48,053 bases of DNA from a virus (taxonomy: Duplodnaviria; Caudoviricetes). The stretch lies in the IMG/VR virus record IMGVR_UViG_3300017766_002093, positions 1 to 48,053 of that record. The stretch is one strand, 5' to 3'. Below, one piece after another: positions 26,667-36,300 of this stretch. The position numbers were made by a program, and so were the translations under genes. How positions within the stretch are numbered: the stretch's first letter is position 1; each line of letters opens with the position of its first letter. A model generated the notes under the pieces. That model saw nothing but the letters and a program-made list of their open reading frames with translations. It made no database searches and had not been told where the DNA came from.

Positions 26667-26963
26667 ATGGCTTACGCTACTACTGATACCTTTATTTGCA
26701 TTACCAACGCCGCTTTGGCCGTAGGGCCACGGATCTTCTATCACGAATCAGCCGACGCCTTGGCTGCTGTTAATACCTCCGGTTTCATCACCGATGGGAC
26801 GAACAAAGGGCTACGAGCCGGGGATCTGGTAATGCACCGGGATACTTCCGGCGCAACCGGTGACGTGTCCCTGCACCGTGTGCTGACCGTTAGCTCTACC
26901 GCGCCAGGCGCCGTCGATCTGACAGATGGTACTGTGATCTGCGCCGGAGCTAACGCTGATTAA
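26667..26963 (+). CDS. Putative capsid decoration/cement protein
   Basis: GGAGG RBS; follows the capsid gene; small and A/T/G-rich. Confidence 0.65.
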   Translation: MAYATTDTFICITNAALAVGPRIFYHESADALAAVNTSGFITDGTNKGLRAGDLVMHRDTSGATGDVSLHRVLTVSSTAPGAVDLTDGTVICAGANAD

Positions 26964-27058
26964 TACGGTTGCTTGACGCAAACCGCCCTTGGGTGGTATT
27001 TTATGGGGGGCGAACAGTTAATGTTTTCCCTCCATACTTTTTCAAGGGGTTAAAAAAA

Positions 27059-27481
27059 ATGATAGTACCAAACCGCGTCAAAGAAGCAAGCTATGTCCGC
27101 AACATCTTTTCGGCCACCCCCGAACAGGGCACCCCGATCGAAACCGTTGTAAAGAGCGATTATTGGGCGCACGCCACCCGGTTGTTCCATGTCCTAGACC
27201 ACATTGAAGTTGTGCCCGAGGACGGAGCTTATTACGTGGAGCTCCTAGTAACCCATGTTGGTAAGAACTTCGTCAGAGTCGTTGAACTGCGAAGGACAGT
27301 ATTAGAGGAGCCCTTCACCACCGACGAACCAACCGATAGCGCGTATACGCTAGGCCACCGTGGCGCTATAAAGTTATGGTGTGTGATGCGAAAATCAGAT
27401 AAACAGATTATCCATGAAGGCTCGTTAACTAAAAAAGAGGCAATCCAGTGGCTCAACGAATTTGAGTTAACTAGCAGATGA
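27059..27481 (+). CDS. Hypothetical protein
   Basis: AAGGGG RBS before ATG 27059; ATGA overlap with the next gene. Confidence 0.7.
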   Translation: MIVPNRVKEASYVRNIFSATPEQGTPIETVVKSDYWAHATRLFHVLDHIEVVPEDGAYYVELLVTHVGKNFVRVVELRRTVLEEPFTTDEPTDSAYTLGHRGAIKLWCVMRKSDKQIIHEGSLTKKEAIQWLNEFELTSR

Positions 27482-28110
27482 CAACACAACTGATTGTTTA
27501 CAACCTTGCGCTAGCGGCATTAGGCGAGCGCAAGGCCGTGGCAACCTCGGACGCCACGGAGCCTGTGCGGATTCTCGATAACATTTGGACGAATGGTATC
27601 CGTGAATATTGCCTAGAACAAGGGCATTGGAAATTCGCGTTGAAGGACGAGGAATTAACGCCGTCCGTGACCGAGATTCCCACCTTCGGATACACCAACG
27701 CGTTCGCCGTACCCGCGAATTTCGTGCGACTGAGTGCGATGAGTTCAGACGAGTATTTCAATTCTGTCGTTACGCAGGTACAACAGAAAGGGCAATACTG
27801 GTACTCCGATCTGGATCTGCTGTATGTGCGCTACGTGTCAAAAGCGACTACGCTAGGCTACGACGTAACCAACTGGCCCGAGACGTTCTCAAAGTTCGTA
27901 GCACTGCAAATGGCGTACGACGCCGCAGAACGTGTAAACCCGGATAGGAAACTGAAGGTCGAAATCGAGCTACGCGAAGCGAAGAAAAACGCTTTAGCTA
28001 AGGATGCGGTTGAGGGCCCTACACAGTTTCTACCCATGGGCACCTGGTTGGCTAATCGCGGCTCCCGAAATCGAGGGCGTAACAGTCGTAACTCACTATA
28101 CGGGAGCTAG
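27478..28110 (+). CDS. Tail tubular protein A / adaptor (T7 gp11-like)
   Basis: VYNLALAALGE..HWKFA..FGYTNAFAVP..YVRYVS pattern. Confidence 0.88.
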   Translation: MTTQLIVYNLALAALGERKAVATSDATEPVRILDNIWTNGIREYCLEQGHWKFALKDEELTPSVTEIPTFGYTNAFAVPANFVRLSAMSSDEYFNSVVTQVQQKGQYWYSDLDLLYVRYVSKATTLGYDVTNWPETFSKFVALQMAYDAAERVNPDRKLKVEIELREAKKNALAKDAVEGPTQFLPMGTWLANRGSRNRGRNSRNSLYGS

Positions 28111-28115
28111 CTCGG

Positions 28116-30797
28116 ATGGCCGTCACGGACTATCAGTTAACGTTTAATCGTGGAGTAGTCAGTCAAAAGGCCAGAGCACGGGCGGACGTAGCTCGGATAG
28201 CCATGTCGGCGGAGGAGCAGATGAACTGGCTACCGCAGACACTAGGGCCTATGCAGTTCAGACCCGGTACAGAATATATAGGATCCACATATACCACTAC
28301 CGGCGCGATTAAACACCTCCCATTTATATTTTCGATTAACGATACCGCGCTCATAGAGGCTACGGACGAATTCGTGCGTGTTAGGGTCGACGAGGTTTTG
28401 ATAACCCGGCCTAATGTATCCACCACCGTAACCAACGGAGACTTCGATACCGATATAGCAAGTTGGACCGATGCCGACGAGGGCGCGGATAGTGTTTCGG
28501 AATGGGTAACCGGTGGGTATATGAGGCTCACGGGTAGCGGGGTAAACGCCGCCCGTCGTAAGCAGACGCTAACCGTAGCCGTTATAGATCAGGATGAAGA
28601 ACACGCGCTGCGTGTTATCGTTGCTTACGGTAACGTCACCCTACGGGTGGGTAGCGCGACCACAGCAGATGACTACATAACCGAGACGGTGCTAGGAGTA
28701 GGGGAACACTCGCTGGCGTTTACACCAACAGGCGCTTCGGTATACGTTAGTGTGAGTAACGCCTCGACGTATCCGGCGTACCTCACTAGCGTAAATGTTG
28801 AGTCCGGTGGGGTAATGTCGTTTACGACAGGGCTGCTACCTGCTGAAACATTAGACGAGATTAGATACGCGCAATCCGGTGATATTCTTTTTATAGCGCG
28901 TGGAACGACGCGAAAACCTGTAAAGATCGAACGCCGGGGTACTAGATCCTGGTCGTTGGTGGATTACTTAGCTGATAAAGGGCCTTTCCTAGCGGCCAAC
29001 ACCGGCTCGGTAACGTTGGCGGTGGACGCAGTAGCCGCTACGGCAGCAGACCCTACCGTCACGGTTACCGCGTCGCGAGAGTATTTTAAGTCCACTCAGG
29101 TTGGGGGGCTATTGAGGATCACCTCTACAGGGCAAACAGTATCTAGTTCCCTGGGCGCTCTCGATGCGACAACAAATTCGATACGTGTTACTGGTATCGG
29201 GGACTCCCGACGCTTTACAATAGCCATAAGCGGTACGTGGGTCGGGACCATCGACCTGGAGCAATCGATAGGGGAGGAGGGCTCTTGGACTACTGTAGAC
29301 TCTTGGACGTTAAACACCACCGAGACCTACAACGACACCCTAGATAACCAAATAATTTACTACCGGCTGAAAATGTCGGCGTATACCTCGGGCTCTGCAA
29401 CCGCGTCTCTTAGCATACCCACGGGGTCTATAACCGGCATCGGTCGAATAATAACGTATACGAGCCCCACGTTAGTTGACGTTTTCGTTTTACAGGATTT
29501 CGGCAGTACGACAGCTACCTCAGATTGGGCGGAGGGAGCCTGGAGCAGCCGGCGGGGATTTCCTTCCGCTGTGTGCTTTTTCGAAGCTCGCCTATATTGG
29601 GCTGGTAAGGATCATATATGGGGCTCTACGGTAGACGACTATTATAACTACGACATCGACTACGAGGGGGACGCTGGACCTATCGACCGGTCTATAGGTT
29701 CGGGCCCTGTCGACACTATTAACTGGTTGGTGCCTCTTAACAGTATACTAATGGGGGCTCAGTGCGCAGAGCACATAGGTCGGTCGACGGGATTTGAGGA
29801 GCCAATAACACCGAGCAACTTCAACCTCCGAGAGGGGTCGACCTTCGGCTCCGCCCCGGTTGAGTCTGCTAAGGTTGATTCGTCTTGCATCTTCGTCGAT
29901 AGAACAGGCACTAGGGTTATGCAGTCCGTGATTACGGAGGCCAATCGCGTCGAGACTATAGAGTTGTCTGTTCTTTGTCCTGAGCTCTGCCGCCCTGGTA
30001 TAAAACGCATAGCCGTGCAGCGACGACCAGAGACTAGGGTACACCTGCTACGGTGCGACGGCACTGTAGTGATACTTACGTTTGATAAAGTCGAGGAATT
30101 AAAGTGCTTTACGACATGGGAAACCGCTGGGCTCGTCGAGGATATATGTGTTATACCCACAAATGCCGTCGAGGATTTGGTATATTATACGGTAGCGCGA
30201 GAGGTTGACGGCGCCGTTGTACGATACCTGGAACGCTGGGCGGAATTGACCGAGGCGCAAGGTGGCGTGATAAATAAAATCGCGGATTCATTCCTGATAC
30301 ATAATGGTGTTTCAACAACCATAGTCTCGGGGCTAGACTATTTGGAAGGGTGTACGGTCGTCGCGTGGGGTAATAGCAAAGATTTAGGCTCTTATACGGT
30401 GGCCAGTGGCTCTATAACGCTATCCGAGGCTACGACGTACGCTGTGGTAGGATTATCGTACTACGCGAACTATGTGAGCAATAAGTTGGGGTTCAACCTC
30501 TACGGTGCTACAGGTATAAAAAAGGATAACCGGGTTACACATTTGGGGTTAGTCCTAGACGATACGGACGCGGACGGGTTGGAGTTCGGGACGGAATCCT
30601 CCTATTTGGACTCGTTGCCTCCTATCGAAGAGGCAGCCGCCGTGACAACTAACTATTTATGGGATAGCTATGACCAAGAACCAGTGCCTGTTAACGGAAC
30701 TTTTAATTTCGACACGCGGCTTTATCTTAAGGCGACGGCGCCGAAGCCGTGCACAGTAGTGGGGTTGACGATAGATATGGTCACCGCAGCTAAATGA
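28116..30797 (+). CDS. Tail tubular protein B / nozzle (T7 gp12-like)
   Basis: FNRGVVS..RAD..GPMQFRPGT, YAQSGD, GAWS..GFPSAVCFFEARL. Confidence 0.9.
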   Translation: MAVTDYQLTFNRGVVSQKARARADVARIAMSAEEQMNWLPQTLGPMQFRPGTEYIGSTYTTTGAIKHLPFIFSINDTALIEATDEFVRVRVDEVLITRPNVSTTVTNGDFDTDIASWTDADEGADSVSEWVTGGYMRLTGSGVNAARRKQTLTVAVIDQDEEHALRVIVAYGNVTLRVGSATTADDYITETVLGVGEHSLAFTPTGASVYVSVSNASTYPAYLTSVNVESGGVMSFTTGLLPAETLDEIRYAQSGDILFIARGTTRKPVKIERRGTRSWSLVDYLADKGPFLAANTGSVTLAVDAVAATAADPTVTVTASREYFKSTQVGGLLRITSTGQTVSSSLGALDATTNSIRVTGIGDSRRFTIAISGTWVGTIDLEQSIGEEGSWTTVDSWTLNTTETYNDTLDNQIIYYRLKMSAYTSGSATASLSIPTGSITGIGRIITYTSPTLVDVFVLQDFGSTTATSDWAEGAWSSRRGFPSAVCFFEARLYWAGKDHIWGSTVDDYYNYDIDYEGDAGPIDRSIGSGPVDTINWLVPLNSILMGAQCAEHIGRSTGFEEPITPSNFNLREGSTFGSAPVESAKVDSSCIFVDRTGTRVMQSVITEANRVETIELSVLCPELCRPGIKRIAVQRRPETRVHLLRCDGTVVILTFDKVEELKCFTTWETAGLVEDICVIPTNAVEDLVYYTVAREVDGAVVRYLERWAELTEAQGGVINKIADSFLIHNGVSTTIVSGLDYLEGCTVVAWGNSKDLGSYTVASGSITLSEATTYAVVGLSYYANYVSNKLGFNLYGATGIKKDNRVTHLGLVLDDTDADGLEFGTESSYLDSLPPIEEAAAVTTNYLWDSYDQEPVPVNGTFNFDTRLYLKATAPKPCTVVGLTIDMVTAAK

Positions 30798-31135
30798 TAC
30801 AGTTCCGAGCAGCCTCTCGTGAGGATCTACTACGATACTACGACGGTACTATTCCCGCGACCATGCGCGCCTGGTTGGCAGAGGACGAGAGCGGGGTTTT
30901 AGGTATCGCAGGGGTGTACTACCAACACGGGCAAAAAGTTGTGTTCAGCGATATGACTACCCGCGCCGAGGTTTTCAGGGTTTCTATAATGAAAATGGCG
31001 CGGCACGTATTATCGCAAATAAGTGGGACGTTGTATGCTGTAGCCGACCCGAAGAGGGGAACCTCCCGCCGATTCCTTGAACGGCTAGGGTTTGTTAAGG
31101 TTGACTACGCGGACCACATATTCAAAAGGGAGTAA
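30794..31135 (+). CDS. GNAT-fold protein (T7 gp13-like position)
   Basis: C-terminal SRRFLERLGF motif; position after the nozzle. Confidence 0.7.
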   Translation: MIQFRAASREDLLRYYDGTIPATMRAWLAEDESGVLGIAGVYYQHGQKVVFSDMTTRAEVFRVSIMKMARHVLSQISGTLYAVADPKRGTSRRFLERLGFVKVDYADHIFKRE

Positions 31136-31141
31136 TCAGAT

Positions 31142-31642
31142 ATGCAAGCCATCCCCGCAGTTTTAGGTGTTATGAGCTTCGCCGGCTCCGTCTTGGGGGG
31201 CTTGGGTTCTATGCAGGAGGGTCGCGCACAGAACGCCATGGCCAAGTACGAAGCCCGGCAAATGGAGGCGCAAGCGAAGGCGGCAGAGGCCGCAGGGCAA
31301 CGCGCTTCTGCCGAGAAGCTACGCGAGTCACGGCTGCTACAATCTCGCGCGCTAGCGATAGCTGGGGCGTCCGGTGCGGGTGTTAGCGACCCGAACGTGC
31401 TCCAAATCGTCTCAGGCATCGCGGGGGAGGGTACTCGGAATGCCCTAACAGAATCCTTTAACGCCAGGTCTCGGGCCGAGGGGCTGCGCGCGCAAGCAGG
31501 CGCCACACGCCTGACGGGCAAGAACGCCCAGAAAGCAGGGTTTATTAACGCGGGTGCTACGATCTTAGAAGGTACGGCGCGCGCAGGTTCCTTCGGCCTC
31601 GATCCGAAGGGTACATCCAATGCTCGTTGGTTCGGATTCTAA
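31142..31642 (+). CDS. Internal virion/ejection protein (gp14-like)
   Basis: G/A-rich hydrophobic N-terminus, A/Q-rich helices, AGASGAGV. Confidence 0.8.
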   Translation: MQAIPAVLGVMSFAGSVLGGLGSMQEGRAQNAMAKYEARQMEAQAKAAEAAGQRASAEKLRESRLLQSRALAIAGASGAGVSDPNVLQIVSGIAGEGTRNALTESFNARSRAEGLRAQAGATRLTGKNAQKAGFINAGATILEGTARAGSFGLDPKGTSNARWFGF

Positions 31643-31644
31643 CT

Positions 31645-33321
31645 ATGCCAAGACTACCTACGATAGACGATATAAACCGAGTAGCGCCTCAACCTGACTT
31701 CACCGTAGCGCAATTCCGGGGGGATCTTGCTCCGCAAGCGTTAAAGCACCTGGGTCGCACGGTAGAACGCACGGCGGATATGGTGCGGGAGTTTCACGAC
31801 GAGATCGAGGAAAAACGAGCTATGGAGGCCGTCGTAGAACTGCGCCGCAGGCAAAATTTAATGACGGTGGGAGAGTCGGGATACGCGCGTTTGCGTAATG
31901 GTGCCGCGACACATGAGGGCGTCTTTAAGAAGTACCAGGATCTACATAAGAGCGTAACAGAGGATTTGAGTAAAAATCTCAGCCCCAGAGCACGCGCCAT
32001 GTTCCAACAAAAAGCCACATCTGAGCGCGAGAATTTTGAGGCCGGGTTCCTTACGCACGCTATGCGCGAGGACATATCTCACACCGACGAGATTTTCAAA
32101 TCGCAAACGGCTATGCACGCCGAGACTATGAGCGCCATCTACGATAACCCGGAGCTCGTGTTGCGAGAACGCGCGGCACAGCAAGCTAACATAGCTCGCT
32201 ATTTAGAAAAAACGGGGGTGCGCGATCCTGCCGTGGTCGAGCACATCACCCAACAGTCGTTAGCCGCCGGGCACGAATCGATCATTAGGGCGTATATCGC
32301 GACTAACAACACCGCAGCCGCTAAGCAGTATTTGGACGGTGTTAAGCATGAGATCCCGACCACGACGGAAAAAGCCCTCAACACTTTGTTAAAACCCGCT
32401 ATCGCCGACCAAGCTGGGCGTGGCGTGGCTGAGAAAATGTTTGAGATGTATCGTTCTGGTAAAGGTGCCCTGGCGATTCAGCAGGAAAAACTCAAGCTCA
32501 CGGAGGGTATGAGTCCTGAAACGCTACGAGTCGCGGACAATATTTATGGTGATCTCGTGACAGCGGTGGATAAGGATACTAAAAAAGCGAAGGGGGCTCT
32601 GCTCCTGCGCGCCATGGGTGGAGAAACTATAACCGAATCTCAAATCGCCGAGGTGGCGCAGACAAACCCGGCACTGGCCGCGACGCTGCGAAAACAGCTA
32701 GACGCGCTCAAGAAAGGCTCCGTAGACGGCAAACCGGCGAGCCTCAGTTCTATGTCGATCTACGCGCGGACGATGGATAAGATCCGAAACGGTGAGATAG
32801 AATCCGCTGAAGAGATTGGGGAACTAGCGGGGGTGCTAAAAAATGCAGATGTCAAATCCCTAATCTCCGCTTTTAATTCCCGCGAGAACGCGGCCAACAA
32901 GTTTAAAATACCTAAAACTTTGATAGACGCCGGCAGACCAAAAGGTGCGAATACTACCGCGAATAAAGAAGCCTACAAGGGTTTTATAGAACAAAAGCTG
33001 CAGGACTGGAAAGACCAGAACCCTGGACGTGTACCAACGCCGGAGGAGCAACGGGCGATAATACAATCCGCTGGCGAGGAACACGTAGAGGTTAACAAAT
33101 ATTGGTTCAATAGTGAGACTCCCGCGTATAAGCTGGGTGAGGGCGCAAAAACATACCCACGACGGTACGAGCAGTTATTGCCTGACGCAACCTCGGAAGA
33201 AAGAGCGGACGCATATAACTTTGTATCCGGGTATAATGCTTCAAAACGCCGAGGGGATGTCAGCTATTCCGAAGCGGAGTTACTAGAGATTTGGCGAAAT
33301 AAGGATACTATAATCAAATGA
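31645..33321 (+). CDS. Internal virion/ejection protein (gp15-like)
   Basis: MPRLPT start; helical; lies between gp14-like and the giant protein. Confidence 0.72.
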   Translation: MPRLPTIDDINRVAPQPDFTVAQFRGDLAPQALKHLGRTVERTADMVREFHDEIEEKRAMEAVVELRRRQNLMTVGESGYARLRNGAATHEGVFKKYQDLHKSVTEDLSKNLSPRARAMFQQKATSERENFEAGFLTHAMREDISHTDEIFKSQTAMHAETMSAIYDNPELVLRERAAQQANIARYLEKTGVRDPAVVEHITQQSLAAGHESIIRAYIATNNTAAAKQYLDGVKHEIPTTTEKALNTLLKPAIADQAGRGVAEKMFEMYRSGKGALAIQQEKLKLTEGMSPETLRVADNIYGDLVTAVDKDTKKAKGALLLRAMGGETITESQIAEVAQTNPALAATLRKQLDALKKGSVDGKPASLSSMSIYARTMDKIRNGEIESAEEIGELAGVLKNADVKSLISAFNSRENAANKFKIPKTLIDAGRPKGANTTANKEAYKGFIEQKLQDWKDQNPGRVPTPEEQRAIIQSAGEEHVEVNKYWFNSETPAYKLGEGAKTYPRRYEQLLPDATSEERADAYNFVSGYNASKRRGDVSYSEAELLEIWRNKDTIIK

Positions 33322-36300
33322 CAGAAGAAATCTTCGATCTGATCCGTAAACAAAAGCCGTCGTTATTGACTCCAGAAGTTCCGACGGCTTTTGCACCTTC
33401 TCCGATACCAAAACCCCGCGTCAAACCGCTTGGGGGAAACGCCTTCGCACAGGACGAATTAGCTCTGGCGCGCGACCGCTCAGCCTACAGTGATCCTAAA
33501 CAAGCCGCGCGTAACCGTGGTTTATCGGCTTCGCTGGGTGTTAACCCGATCTTACTACCGCCGGATGCTGAGGCGCAGGCGTTTGTTAAGAAGCGCAGCG
33601 AGATGGACAAACTCATCGAGAACAATCCCGGACTGGCGCGTTTCCTCTTGAAACAAAAAAATAACGCCGAGGTAGTAGGTCGGGATTACGAGCCTATGGA
33701 GCGTACCGAGATTTTACTCAAGAGGCTATTCACAGACCCTATGGTTTCCGCGTTAAAGGGCGTCGTATCTTTTAACGAGGCTCTTGTGGGTTTACTCGAT
33801 ACCCGTTTAGGTGGGCGAGTAGGTAAGGGCCTGGAGGACGCCGGCTTTAAGTTTAAGGCCACCCAAAAAATTCTCGACCAGGCGTACTCGGAGCCGACGC
33901 AGCGCTTAATAAAAGAGATTGGGGAAACAGAGGGTTTTTTAGAGACGGTAGAGGCTCTCGTTACCCGTCCATCCGCAGCCGCTAACATGCTGCTGCAATC
34001 TGGCGGGCCTATGTTGGGCGCGGGTGGTATAGCTCAAGGACTGCTTAAGGTAGCGCCTGCGTTATCACCGTTGGTTGCGGGGGCTTTAGGAGAGTCGTTA
34101 GTAATAACGGGAGGTATTTCTGAGAAGGTGCGACAGGAATCTCCCGACGGACTAACAGACGCGCGACAGGCGTTACTGGCGCAAGCTGGCGGTGCAGCGG
34201 GTTTCGCGTTCAATCTGTTAGGGGGTAAGATAGCCGCTAAGCTGGGCGTCACGGACGTGGATACCTGGATGGCGAGCGGCGCGGCTAAAAAAGTGATGGA
34301 TGAGGCCAAAGTTCCTCCGAGTCTAGTCGCGAAAATTTTAGGTGGTGCCGCCGTAGAAGGCGCGGTGCAGGAGATGCCGCAGTCCGCCGCCGAGGTTATC
34401 GCTGAGAATATCGCGCTTGGAAAACCCTGGAATCGTGGAGTCGAAGAGGCCATGGCCACGGGTCTCGTGCTCGGTAGTGTTATGGGTGCGGGAGTGCAGG
34501 CGCTACCCACTCGGAATACGACTGTCGACAAAGCCCTGGATACGTCCGCACTGAAAAAATTTAAGGAGCTAAGCCAAGCAGCTCACGCGCAGGAAACGCG
34601 CAAGATTCTCGGGGACCTGGCTAAAGAAACCGCCTCGAACCCCGTCCGGGAGAGGTCGCCGGAGGCGTTCGCGGAGTTCATCGACGAGGTTACGGAGGAT
34701 TCAGTTGTTAAGGAACTATACGTCGATGCTAAGGCGCTGGACGAAACACTGAGCCAATCCGAGCTTGAGGCCATGCCGGAAGTGGCTAAGGACATTTCGG
34801 TTGCGTTACAAGCCGGGGGTGGCGACGTTCGCATACCTATGTCACTCTACGCTACCCATATATCGGGTAAACCCATCGAGGCCGCGCTAATCGATAATGT
34901 TAGGGCAACCCCAGATGGTATGACGTTCTCCGAATCAGAGAATTTTCTGCAGAGCCTACAGACGAACTTAGAGGATGAGGCTCGGCGGTTGGTTATCGAG
35001 AACGATCCGGTGCTGTCGGAAGCAGATTTTAAACAACAGAACCCGGAGGGTTCATACCCAGACTATCTAAAAGCTCACGCGAATAAGGCGGAGGTGTTCG
35101 CGAACGACCTCCGAACAGTACACGATACCCTTGTCAAAAGCATAGAGAGCACGGGGCGTTTTGACCGAACGGTCGCTGAGCTATATGCAACCCCGCTGCG
35201 AGAATTCTTCGCGAATAACGCGGCCAAGCTGGGTATGATGCCTAGCGAGCTCTACGAGTTGTTGCCCGTAAATTTCGCATCCACACACGTCGAGGGCTAC
35301 AAGCAAGACGAGGATCCTTCCAAGCTAAACACGAACCGCCCAGGCGGTGATACGGCGGCCTTTTTCGCTAAGATGACGCTAGGGCTGGATGGTGTGCCTG
35401 GCGCCGCGTACGAGCCTGTGATACCTCTGCGAGCGGAGCACCGCGAGTTCCTACGGGAATATGAGAAGCACCGAGGGAACTTCGACAACCATATCCGAGC
35501 TAGCATCCCTGGTTTTGGAGAGGTGCAGGTACTAACGGGTAGGGCTATCGTCAGCACATATACCAACGGCGCGGCGGTGCTGGATGTCGGAGCGAGTGAG
35601 GGCTCCTGGGCCAAAACAATAACGGCGCTATCTAACAGTAGTATAGAGACCGACGCGCTGGAGCCGCTCTCTACGATGAAGAACTTTTTTGTCGATAAAT
35701 CTACAGTACCAGGCGCTCGGCAGTTGATGATGCCGTGGGGCGGTAACGGATGGCCGGAGGAGGGCACCGGGGTGGTTATCCCTCCCTTCCGATTGGACAG
35801 ACAGTATGACGTAGTACACGAGTCGATGACGTTCCAATTCATCAACAACGACCGTACGGCACACGTCGCGCTGGTGAAACAAGCGCTGAAGCCCGACGGT
35901 GTTTTCCTCACTGAGGAGAAATTTTCGTCAGACGGAACGGCGGAGTACAAAGCGCGCGAAGCGCAGAAAGACCAATATAAAGCTAGGTACTTTACGGCCG
36001 CGGCAATGACGCAGAAGGCTGAGCAGGTAGTCGTAGGAATGCACGGCAATATGGTACCCCAGAACGAGTACGAGAAAACACTGGCGGCTAATTTCAAATA
36101 CGTCGTGCAATATTGGAGTTCTACGAACTTCGGAGGTTACGCCGCTTCGGACGATCTTGAGGCACTAACGCGTCTGGTCGATAACATTGGCAATACTACG
36201 ACGGAGTTCTCCGCCGACGCGACCCTTGAGGACTTTGCCGCTGATCGCATTCGTGGGATCTTTTCAAAAAAGAACTGGGGCATCGTGACTGCGGAGAACC

